A DNA stretch of 64,000 nt from Candidatus Magasanikbacteria bacterium CG10_big_fil_rev_8_21_14_0_10_36_32. GTDB taxonomy: Bacteria > Patescibacteriota > Patescibacteriia > Magasanikbacterales > GWA2-37-8. A program made the translations under genes and the position numbers. The notes under the pieces are model-generated. The model saw only the letters and a program-made list of their open reading frames with translations, did not search any database and was not told where the DNA came from. Location: NCBI GenBank assembly GCA_002778465.1, contig PFBV01000003.1, positions 239,766 through 303,765 on the forward strand, given 5' to 3'. Positions 49,907 to 58,730 of this stretch are shown here, in pieces; positions within the stretch are counted from its first letter, which is position 1, and every line of letters starts with the position of its first letter.

Positions 49907-51577
49907 ATGAGCCGTCGTCAGAATTGGCGAACAATATTGAGAAAAGGTTTTGTTTTGCCAAAAATTGATAGAGATACCAGTTTTCCTTATTTAGTTAGTC
50001 TTGTCAGAAAAGCGGTACAAGATCATTTGTTGCAGTCAAAATCAATTCGTTCTTATCTTGCCTATTTACCAAAAGGACCAGGAACTTATTGTCCCAACTC
50101 AAAAGTCTCGGTTTTGCAAGAATATATTTCCAGTCAAAATAGTGAAATAGATAGAAGTGATCCGGTAGTTTTTGCAGCTTTTATGTTGAAGATTATTGTT
50201 CCAACCGTTGATTTTGGACACCAACAAGTTTTGTCAGCTGTTAAAATGATTGATGATATTAATCCGGCGGAAAAAACAATTCTTCGTACCAGTGCGATTA
50301 TTGCCCAATCGGTTAATCGTTTGTGGTTGAAATGGTTTGCAGCGGTAGTATTGCCGTTTCAAAAGATGACTTTACTTGAGCGTCAAAATCTTGAATCCAG
50401 AGCTGTTGGATATTTGCCAAAACCTGATTATACAGTTTTTGATTATGACTCCGACACAGAGTCTTTCAGCAACAGGAAAACTTGGGCGGAAGCGTTTCCG
50501 CGTGAAATAGATATTATTTGTCGCAGATTAAAGATTTTTAAGTGGAGCAAGATTAATTCTAAGCAAGGTTCTGTTTTTCCGGCTTATTTTAAAGCTTTGG
50601 GTCGCGCTTATGGATGTAAAAAAATAAATCAACTCAAAAAGTATTGGGAAAAAGTTGATCAGCTTTGGTTTAAAATTAATAAGGAAAGCAGAATTCTCCC
50701 TGTTCATAATATGATGTATGGCTATGAACATCCTTTCTGTGTCAGTCCGGAATTTCGTTTGGAAATTAGAGTTTCAAATGAAAATATTATTTTTGGAGAT
50801 ATTCGAATGGCAGTGGAATCGTGTGTTAAATCATTGATTGACACAGAATGTCTAAAAATAAATAATTCAATCTTAGCGTTGCAAAAAATTGAAGTAGGAA
50901 TGTTTGAGTGTGCTATTCAATCTGGCGCAGCGATTAATTCTCCCAATGGCGGAGAGATGATTTCAAATTCAAAAAAAGAAGGTGGAAAAATATTATTGGC
51001 GCATTCTATGTTGCAGTCGACCGGTATCTATTTTGCAAGAGAAATTCGCAGAAATTGTACTTTCAGAACTAAAAAGAATTTACAAGATTGCTTTCATCAA
51101 AATGCTATTTTGTATTATTATTTAGGTCATGAATTTGGTCATTTGATTTGCGGTGCTCAAGACATAAAACTTGAAGAGGCTAAAGCCAGCGCAATTAGTA
51201 TTTTAGCCAATGAATATATGGAAGATACTCCTGAAAAACGCCTAAGTTTGGTGGCAGTAGCGTTAGGAGATGTTTTAAGTATTTTAAACAAATCAGCGCT
51301 TAATGAATTAACAACGGATGATTATACTCGGGAATGTCTTATGTTAGCCAATACCCTCTTTCGCTCCGGTGTCATTAAATTGACCAAGCGAGGCATAAGA
51401 GTTAATTTGGAACAGGCTAGAAGCCGGGCGTGGTTTGAACAGTTAGAAGAATTCGTTTATGAACTTTTGTTGGCATATCGTGATAATGACAAAGTAAATT
51501 TGGAACGGTTGACTAAGCGTTATTGCAGAAAAATCGGGCCGGTGGCCGAATTGATAGATTGGATTAATCGGGAATAG
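49907..51577 (+). CDS. Hypothetical soluble protein with HEFGH (HExxH) zinc-peptidase-like motif
   Basis: 556 aa; no TM helices; YLGHEFGHLICG; sits where yidC is normally found. Confidence 0.5.
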   Translation: MSRRQNWRTILRKGFVLPKIDRDTSFPYLVSLVRKAVQDHLLQSKSIRSYLAYLPKGPGTYCPNSKVSVLQEYISSQNSEIDRSDPVVFAAFMLKIIVPTVDFGHQQVLSAVKMIDDINPAEKTILRTSAIIAQSVNRLWLKWFAAVVLPFQKMTLLERQNLESRAVGYLPKPDYTVFDYDSDTESFSNRKTWAEAFPREIDIICRRLKIFKWSKINSKQGSVFPAYFKALGRAYGCKKINQLKKYWEKVDQLWFKINKESRILPVHNMMYGYEHPFCVSPEFRLEIRVSNENIIFGDIRMAVESCVKSLIDTECLKINNSILALQKIEVGMFECAIQSGAAINSPNGGEMISNSKKEGGKILLAHSMLQSTGIYFAREIRRNCTFRTKKNLQDCFHQNAILYYYLGHEFGHLICGAQDIKLEEAKASAISILANEYMEDTPEKRLSLVAVALGDVLSILNKSALNELTTDDYTRECLMLANTLFRSGVIKLTKRGIRVNLEQARSRAWFEQLEEFVYELLLAYRDNDKVNLERLTKRYCRKIGPVAELIDWINRE

Positions 51578-51614
51578 AAAAACCCCTTGGACTTTTTGTC
51601 GAGGGGTTATTTTT

Positions 51615-51836
51615 TTAGTTAATTTTAATTGTTTTATTTTTTCCGTTTAATCCTTTTATTATTTCAATTTTTGTTTTTGGCGTGTTGTATTCCCTACTTA
51701 AAAATTTTATAAGTTCCCGGTTGGCTTTGCCGTCAACCGGCGGTGCTTTTAATTTTATTTTTATTGTTCCGTCCGCCACTGGTCCAATAATTTCGTTTTT
51801 TGAAGCGCGCGGAGAAACTCTTACTCTAAGTAACAT
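51615..51836 (-). CDS. YggU/DUF167 family protein
   Basis: VRVSPRASKNEI...APPVDGKANRELIKFL signature. Confidence 0.75.
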   Translation of the reverse strand: MLLRVRVSPRASKNEIIGPVADGTIKIKLKAPPVDGKANRELIKFLSREYNTPKTKIEIIKGLNGKNKTIKIN

Positions 51837-52683
51837 ATTTTTTTCTAATGTTTTTTAAAATTTTTAAATCGTCAGTTACTTGATCTGGTTCGGTTTCTAA
51901 AATGAAGTTGGTGTTTTTTAAGCGGTGATCGGATAAAAGTGATTGAAAACCATTTGTTCCAATCATCCCCTCTCCGATATGAGCATGGCGGTCGTGATGG
52001 GAGTTAAATTCTGTTTTAGAATCATTACAATGGGACATTTTTAAATTTTTTAAACCGACAATTTTATTAAATTTATCCAAAGTATTTTTTACAGCTTTTG
52101 GATCACGAATATCATAACCGGAAGCAAAACCATGTTGAGTATCATAACAAACCCCAATTTTATATTTTTTTAATTTAGGATGATGGATTATTTTGGCAAT
52201 TTCTTCAAAAGTATCGCCAATAATTTTACCTGAACCGGCTGAAATCTCAATTAAAAATTGTGTTTTACCTTTATAATTTTTTAATGTTTCATTTAAAGCG
52301 GCGATAGTTTGTGTCATGCCTTTGGTTTCTCCTAAATCTTTAAAACTGCCAATGTGCGTCATTAAATATTTGGCACCCAACAAAGACGCTCTTTCTAATT
52401 CTTCCCGGACAACATGAATGGAAGTGTGTTTAATTCGTGGGTTGGCTGAGGCAAAATTAATAAAATATGGCGCATGAATATACCACTCACGTTGTTTTGT
52501 TTTTTTACAATTAGCTTTGAATTCGGCGGCAATTTTTTTATTTAACGGAGCAACATAGCCACCTTGTGGCGAACGTGTAAAAAATTGAAAAACTTCGCAG
52601 CCAATCAAGTTAGCATTCAATGGAGCGTTAACTATTCCACCGGCAATAGATACATGAGCGCCAAAATACATAGTAATTAACAA
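51826..52683 (-). CDS. nfo: Deoxyribonuclease IV (endonuclease IV)
   Basis: TIM-barrel AP endonuclease with conserved His/Asp/Glu metal ligands. Confidence 0.85.
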   Translation of the reverse strand: MLITMYFGAHVSIAGGIVNAPLNANLIGCEVFQFFTRSPQGGYVAPLNKKIAAEFKANCKKTKQREWYIHAPYFINFASANPRIKHTSIHVVREELERASLLGAKYLMTHIGSFKDLGETKGMTQTIAALNETLKNYKGKTQFLIEISAGSGKIIGDTFEEIAKIIHHPKLKKYKIGVCYDTQHGFASGYDIRDPKAVKNTLDKFNKIVGLKNLKMSHCNDSKTEFNSHHDRHAHIGEGMIGTNGFQSLLSDHRLKNTNFILETEPDQVTDDLKILKNIRKKYVT

Positions 52684-52748
52684 TAAATTAAAATAAGCAG
52701 ATTAAGCCATAATAAAAGTTATTTGAATTATAACTTAATTTGCGAATA

Positions 52749-52777
52749 TTGACAAAACTTTTAAAATATGTTATAAA
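52749..52777 (+). promoter_or_regulatory. Consensus sigma70 promoter (TTGACAAAAC...TGTTATAAA)
   Basis: -35 at 52749; extended -10 at 52769-52777; drives the orphan mini-unit 52800-53190. Confidence 0.6.
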
Positions 52778-53180
52778 AATATTGTTCTTTTAAAAAAATA
52801 AATATCAACAAAAAAGGATATAGAAATGTCAATAAAAAAAGGGCTCGAAGATTTTCGTGCGGGTCGCATTGTTGGTCCTTTGACACTGGATGATTTGCTG
52901 TTGCCCAAAGAAGAAGATGATTCTGATGAGCAAGAAGAACAAGAAAAAAAGTGATCGCCTTACAATGGAAGAGTTGTCTGAAGGCACTCAACCTTTGGAT
53001 CTAATTAAAAATCATAAACCTGTATGGTTGCCGAAACTTGGTGATATAATAAAGAAATCGGAATCACGCACAGGCTCTTAAATATTGTTCTTTCAAATTA
53101 TGACCCCAACATTACGTCGGGGTCATTTTATATTTTTATAAAACTAAAAACAGGCCTAACGGCCTGTTTTTAGTTTTGTA

Positions 53181-54461
53181 TTATTTTATCACTTTACTTT
53201 TTAATAATTCCATTACTTTCCGATTCTGAATCATGGTGGCGATGGTTGATAAAACATCGGCTCGTTTTAAGTTTTCTTCAACTTTTGGATCGTCAGCATA
53301 AGTTTTTTTAATCAAATCAATTTCTTTGTCTATATCTTCTTGGGTGGCAATAATGTTGTTATTTAAAGCAATTTGCCGTGTTGCCAATAGGGCTTTGACC
53401 CGCTTTATTGCTTGCTCGGCAAAATCATCAGAAATTTGTTCCTCGGTTTTTTTTATATTTTTCAAATAATCTTCCATGGAAATTCCACGATGTTCCAAAT
53501 CATGTTTGAGTTCGTGGAACATTTTTTGTTTTTCTGATTTAACTAAAATTTCTGGAATTTCTTCATATTCGCTTTTTGTAAGTAATTGTTCAAGAATATC
53601 CATTTCAGTTCTCTGTTCCTCTTTCATCTCTGCTTCTTTGGACAAGTTTGTTTTTAGTAGTTCTTGAAGTTTGGACAAACTTTCTATGCCAAGTTTTTTA
53701 GCAAATTCATCGTTAACCTCTGGATATTCCAAAGAAAAAACATCTTTAATTTTAACTTTGAAATCAACATTTTTTCCAGCTAAATGTTTTTGATAATGTT
53801 CTTTTGGAAAAGGCAACATAAATTCTTTTTCATCATCTTTTTTTAAACCGATAATTTGTTCTGCTAAACCAGGTATATAATGTTCTTCACTTAAATAAAT
53901 CTGATGATCTTTTGCTTGTCCGCCTTCTACTGCCACTTTATCAATAAACATATCCATATTAATTACCGCCTTATCATTTTTGGTGGCCGTTTCATTTTTT
54001 ACGGTTTCTTTAATTTGCATTTTTTTTAAACTTTCAATTATATCCTCAATTTGTTTTTGTGTCACTTCAATTTTTTTTGATTCAATTTTTATTTTTGATA
54101 AGTCGGCTAGTTTTATTTTTGGGAAAAGAGCAACTTTTGCTTTGTAAACAATGTCATTGCCTGGCGCCATTTTTTCTATAGTAACCAAAGGCATGCCGAC
54201 AGTTTCTAATTTTTCAGCTTGAACAGCTTTGTAAAAACCGGCTTGGATTATTTGTTCTAAAGCCTCTTCCATGATTTTAATTTCTCCAACTTGGCTTTTG
54301 ACAATATCATAAGGTGCTTTTCCTGGACGGAAGCCTTTGATGGCGGCGCGTTCCGATAAGCGTTCGGCAGCACTATCCATTTCTTTTTGATAGTCAGCCG
54401 GGGATACTGTAATAGTAAATTCTACTTCGGATTGGCTGATTTTTTTAAGTTCATGTGACAT
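53181..54461 (-). CDS. tig: Trigger factor
   Basis: N-terminal ribosome-binding GFRPGKAP motif; 426 aa. Confidence 0.9.
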   Translation of the reverse strand: MSHELKKISQSEVEFTITVSPADYQKEMDSAAERLSERAAIKGFRPGKAPYDIVKSQVGEIKIMEEALEQIIQAGFYKAVQAEKLETVGMPLVTIEKMAPGNDIVYKAKVALFPKIKLADLSKIKIESKKIEVTQKQIEDIIESLKKMQIKETVKNETATKNDKAVINMDMFIDKVAVEGGQAKDHQIYLSEEHYIPGLAEQIIGLKKDDEKEFMLPFPKEHYQKHLAGKNVDFKVKIKDVFSLEYPEVNDEFAKKLGIESLSKLQELLKTNLSKEAEMKEEQRTEMDILEQLLTKSEYEEIPEILVKSEKQKMFHELKHDLEHRGISMEDYLKNIKKTEEQISDDFAEQAIKRVKALLATRQIALNNNIIATQEDIDKEIDLIKKTYADDPKVEENLKRADVLSTIATMIQNRKVMELLKSKVIK

Positions 54462-54603
54462 ATGTTTTTTAAATTAAATTTTAATTACAGAGAGAGTTTA
54501 AACAAAAAAATAAAAAAAGTCAAGAGAATACTTGTGTTGGGAATAAAAAACCCCGCAAAAAGCGGGGTTGGAGGAGCTTTGTTTTAAAAAATTATTGGCA
54601 TGG

Positions 54604-54819
54604 TTATGGTTTTGTCGGAAAAAAGTTATATCTGGTGTCGCAGACGACACACTCCCAGAATTTTATATTTTCTCCGGTGATTTTGTTAAAAAGATTGCCT
54701 CGCTGCAAACGAATGCACTTCTTGCATTTGGGGCACCAACCTTGTTCTATGACGAGATATATTACAGTTTCTTCTGCTGTTGTTGTTTTAAAGGACGAGG
54801 GGATGTTTGGTTTGGACAT
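54604..54819 (-). CDS. Zinc-ribbon small protein (72 aa)
   Basis: AAAGGAG SD before ATG at 54819; CPKCKKC ... CVVCDTRY; terminator 54548-54575. Confidence 0.5.
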   Translation of the reverse strand: MSKPNIPSSFKTTTAEETVIYLVIEQGWCPKCKKCIRLQRGNLFNKITGENIKFWECVVCDTRYNFFPTKP

Positions 54820-54969
54820 TGAAACTCCTTTGTTGTGTGGTTTCCAATGATAAGAAACCAATTTCAAAGTACCCCCTTTTTTTATTTTTGTCAAGGGAAT
54901 TTAAGGGGACAAAAAAAGACGCTCTTTAGATAACTGTTAGAGCGTCTTTTTTATTTTGATATAATAGTT

Positions 54970-56964
54970 TTAGAGCAACCAGCCAACAATTAATAATGCT
55001 ACAATATTGGCAACTTTAATCATTGGATTTATTGCCGGACCGGCAGTATCTTTATAAGGATCACCAACAGTATCTCCTGTTACTGCGGCTTGATGAGCAA
55101 AGGAACCTTTGCCACCATGATTACCCTCTTCTATGAATTTTTTTGCATTGTCCCAAGCGCCACCACCAGTAGTCATTGAAATAGCAATAAATAATCCAGT
55201 AACAATAGTGCCAACTAACAAACCGCCCAAAGCTTGAATACCAAGAATAAATCCTACTAAAATTGGGGCAAGAACCGGAATCATGGCCGGTAAAATCATT
55301 TGTTCAAGAGCGCCTTTGGTGACTATATCAACAGCTTTGGCATAATCTGGTTTATTAGTACCTTCCATTATTCCAGGAATTTCTCTAAATTGTCGTCGTA
55401 CTTCTTCAACTACTTTTCCAGCAACTTTTCCAACCGACTCCATTAATAATCCGCCAAAGAAATAAGGCAGCAGACCGCCAATAAATAAACCAACCAAGAC
55501 TTTTGGATCATTGATTAAGAATTGGGTTGATTCTGGAAGTTTGTGAGTAAAATCAGCAAATAATACTAAAGCAGCCAAACCAGCTGAAGCAATAGCATAT
55601 CCTTTTGTAACAGCCTTAGTGGTGTTACCGACTGAATCCAACGGATCAGTGATGTCCCGAACTTCTTTGGGCAGTTCAGCCATTTCGGCAATTCCACCGG
55701 CGTTGTCGGTGATTGGTCCGTAAGCGTCAATAGTGACGATTATTCCAGTTAAAGAAAGCATGGCGACGGCTGCAATAGCAACCCCAAACAAACCAGCTAA
55801 CCAATAAGAAGCCAAAATAGCAGCGACTATTGCCAAGACCGGCAAGGCGGTTGCTTTCATAGAAATAGCTAAACCGGAAATAATATTTGTGCCATGTCCT
55901 GTAGTAGAGGCTTTAGCGATAGCTTTAACAGGGCCATATTTTTGGGAGGTATAATATTCAGTAACCAAAACCATAATACCGGTTAAAATAAGACCAATGA
56001 CAGCAGTGATAAAAAGATTGAATGATTTAATTTCGTCTAATCCCGAAGCTAGCCATTTGGTAGCTGGGTAAAAGCCAACCAAAGCTAATATACCAGCGGC
56101 CATTAATCCTTTGTATAAAGATTTCATTATTTTTTTATCTTCACCCAAGCGGATAAATAAAGTTCCAAGTATGCAAGCAATCATAGAAATACCGCCCAAA
56201 ACTAACGGGAAAATAAGAATTTTAATATTTCCTGGAAAAAGCAAACTAGCAAGAACCATAGCGGCGATTGCTGTGACGGCATAAGTTTCAAATAGGTCGG
56301 CGGCCATTCCTGCGCAGTCACTGACACTGTCGCCGGTGTTATCGGCAATGACAGCTGGATTACGCGGATCATCTTCAGGAATTCCTTTTTCAACTTTGCC
56401 AACCAAGTCTGCTCCGACATCAGCGGCTTTGGTAAAAATACCACCGCCAATACGAGCAAAGACAGAAATTAAACTGGCACCGAATCCGAGACCAATTAAA
56501 GCAAAAACATCATTAGTTAATAAAAAGAAACCAGCTACTCCCAACAGGGCTAAACCGGCAACCAACAAACCCGTGATTGAACCTCCGCGAACAGCTACAT
56601 TAAGTGCTTCTTTTAAACCTTTTCGGGCTGCTTCAGTTGTGCGGACATTGGCTCTGACTGAAATATTCATACCAATAATACCGGCTGCTCCTGACAAAAC
56701 GGCTCCAGACAAAAAACCGAACGCAGTTATCCAATCCATGCCAAATCCTATAATAAAGAAAATTACAGCCGCGACTATGGCAATAGTTTTGTATTGTCGT
56801 CCCAAATAAGCTTTGGAACTTTCTTGAATGGCACGAGCAATCGCCTGCATTCGCTCGTCGCCGGCCGGCTGTTTCATTATCCATTTAATAAGGATAATTC
56901 CATAGATAACCGCCAATAAAGCTGGTACTATGGCAAAAATGGTGATAATTAGACTGGGTGTCAT
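54970..56964 (-). CDS. hppA: Membrane-bound proton/sodium-translocating pyrophosphatase
   Basis: 664 aa; polytopic; GGG/DNxGD-type PPase motifs. Confidence 0.9.
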   Translation of the reverse strand: MTPSLIITIFAIVPALLAVIYGIILIKWIMKQPAGDERMQAIARAIQESSKAYLGRQYKTIAIVAAVIFFIIGFGMDWITAFGFLSGAVLSGAAGIIGMNISVRANVRTTEAARKGLKEALNVAVRGGSITGLLVAGLALLGVAGFFLLTNDVFALIGLGFGASLISVFARIGGGIFTKAADVGADLVGKVEKGIPEDDPRNPAVIADNTGDSVSDCAGMAADLFETYAVTAIAAMVLASLLFPGNIKILIFPLVLGGISMIACILGTLFIRLGEDKKIMKSLYKGLMAAGILALVGFYPATKWLASGLDEIKSFNLFITAVIGLILTGIMVLVTEYYTSQKYGPVKAIAKASTTGHGTNIISGLAISMKATALPVLAIVAAILASYWLAGLFGVAIAAVAMLSLTGIIVTIDAYGPITDNAGGIAEMAELPKEVRDITDPLDSVGNTTKAVTKGYAIASAGLAALVLFADFTHKLPESTQFLINDPKVLVGLFIGGLLPYFFGGLLMESVGKVAGKVVEEVRRQFREIPGIMEGTNKPDYAKAVDIVTKGALEQMILPAMIPVLAPILVGFILGIQALGGLLVGTIVTGLFIAISMTTGGGAWDNAKKFIEEGNHGGKGSFAHQAAVTGDTVGDPYKDTAGPAINPMIKVANIVALLIVGWLL

Positions 56965-57187
56965 AATTATTATTTTAATTTAAATTAAATTATTTTGTTT
57001 ATTACCTAAAGTAAGGGGGTTTACTTTATTCGATAAATATAATAACCTAAAAGGACAAAACAGTCAAGAAATTAAAACGTGCCTTGCAGGGAGATTTTTA
57101 ACGACCATGTCTTTTGCAATGGTATTTTTTAAATAAAATAATTCATTGTTTGTGAGAGAAATTAATTTGAAAAAGTCTTAATGGGGT

Positions 57188-58504
57188 ATGAAATACAGGG
57201 TTTTATTGAATTTTTTGTATTCTTTAGTCTATATTAAACGATTATTTTGGTGGACAGGACAAAGAATAAACAAGCTGTTTGCCAAGATGTTTAAAGGTTT
57301 TTGGCGTGTTTTTGCTTTTATTCATTATAAAATAGATTATTTTTTTCGCCGAGCTGGTTGGAGTAAAGACAAGATTTGGTGGTTAAAACGCGATAATTTA
57401 CAGATAGTATTGTTGTTGTTATTGCTTTTGGCCGCTTTGCCGCAAACAAAATTATTTGTTCGTCCGGAAAGTTATGTTGTTGGACACGAAAGTATTGCTT
57501 ATAATTTGCTTGGACAAGGGGAAGAGTATGGTTTAGAAGAATTATCTCCCGCTCCAGTTGAATTACCACAGACTGTTTCTCCTTGGCGGTCAGGTACGGT
57601 TAGCAATAAAACCGTGTTGGTCAAAACTGATGAATTAATCAATCAAGAATTGGGCACAGTAGTGGTTGGTGGTTTGGCGACTACTAAGCCGATAATTATT
57701 CCTGGGGCTTTGGTGGCCGGTTCAGAAAGAAGATTTATTATGGAATATGCGGTTGCACCAGGTGATTCGTTGAGTAGTATTGCTTATAAATTTGGTATTA
57801 GTGTGGAGACAATTATGTGGGAAAATAAATTGACCGCTTATTCGGTAATTCGTCCTGGAGATAAATTAAATATTCCACCGACCACCGGCATAATGCATCA
57901 AATTAAAAAAGGAGATACATTACCAAAAATTGCTAAATTATATAATGCAAAAGTGGAAGATATTGTTAAATTTAATGTGCTTAAAGAAAGTGGGACTGAT
58001 TTGGTGGTGGGAGAAAAGATTATGATTCCTAATGGTGTAAAAGTACAGGTTCAGTATGTTTCTACGCCAAGCAAAACAAGTTCGGTTAGTCGGCTGGTAG
58101 TGCCATCGGCATCAACTCAAGCAAAAAGTGCTTCCGGTTTTATTTGGCCGAGTGCTTCAAGAATAATAACTCAATATTATGGTTGGCTCCATCATGCTAT
58201 TGATATTGGTGGGAAAATGGGTACGGCTATTTATGCGGCTAAGGCCGGTACAGTTGAAGTATCGCAGTGTGGTTGGAATAGTGGTTATGGTTGTTATATT
58301 ATTATTAATCATGGTAATGGAGTAAAAACTTTATATGGCCACCATTCAAGACTGCTGGTTTCAGTTGGTGATTATGTTACTACAGGACAAACCATTGGTT
58401 TGATGGGAAATACCGGTAAAGTTCGCGGTCCGACAGGTGTTCATTTGCATTTTGAAGTAAGAATAAATGGTAGTTTATATAATCCGTTAAGTTATGTTAG
58501 GTAG
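57188..58504 (+). CDS. LysM-domain M23 family metallopeptidase
   Basis: Two LysM repeats (YAVAPGDSLSSIAYKFG; HQIKKGDTLPKIAKLYN) and an M23 core (HHAIDIG...HLHFEV). Confidence 0.85.
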   Translation: MKYRVLLNFLYSLVYIKRLFWWTGQRINKLFAKMFKGFWRVFAFIHYKIDYFFRRAGWSKDKIWWLKRDNLQIVLLLLLLLAALPQTKLFVRPESYVVGHESIAYNLLGQGEEYGLEELSPAPVELPQTVSPWRSGTVSNKTVLVKTDELINQELGTVVVGGLATTKPIIIPGALVAGSERRFIMEYAVAPGDSLSSIAYKFGISVETIMWENKLTAYSVIRPGDKLNIPPTTGIMHQIKKGDTLPKIAKLYNAKVEDIVKFNVLKESGTDLVVGEKIMIPNGVKVQVQYVSTPSKTSSVSRLVVPSASTQAKSASGFIWPSASRIITQYYGWLHHAIDIGGKMGTAIYAAKAGTVEVSQCGWNSGYGCYIIINHGNGVKTLYGHHSRLLVSVGDYVTTGQTIGLMGNTGKVRGPTGVHLHFEVRINGSLYNPLSYVR

Positions 58505-58552
58505 TCAGCTCTTGAAATAAACATAATTTTTTGTTAAGATGTTGACTGTTAT

Positions 58553-58624
58553 GGTACCGTAGCCAAGCAGTAAGGCAGAGGTCTGCAAAACCTTTATGCG
58601 CGGGTGCAATTCCCGCCGGTACCT
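58553..58624 (+). tRNA. tRNA-Cys (anticodon GCA), non-canonical D- and T-loops
   Basis: GGTACCG/CGGTACC acceptor; anticodon loop CTGCAAA; T-loop TGCAATT; D-loop lacks GG; terminator hairpin 58630-58660. Confidence 0.55.
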
Positions 58625-58730
58625 CAAAAACAATTCATTCGGAATTGTTTTTTATTATCTATATATAATAAAAATATTTTTCTTGCGCAAATAGGTTAAT
58701 TTAGAGTAAAATGATAGTAACTTTAATATT

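Noticed and set aside
49907-51577. Calling the 556-aa ORF after yidD as YidC
   Set aside because: The protein has no series of transmembrane helices and none of the YidC periplasmic or TM2-TM3 features, despite sitting at the canonical yidC position.
52827-53081. Selenocysteine or genome-wide UGA recoding to explain the in-frame TGA
   Set aside because: There is no convincing SECIS-like hairpin immediately after the TGA, and no sel genes in the window. Long core ORFs such as rpoC and rpoB are intact under the standard code, so UGA is not a general sense codon here.
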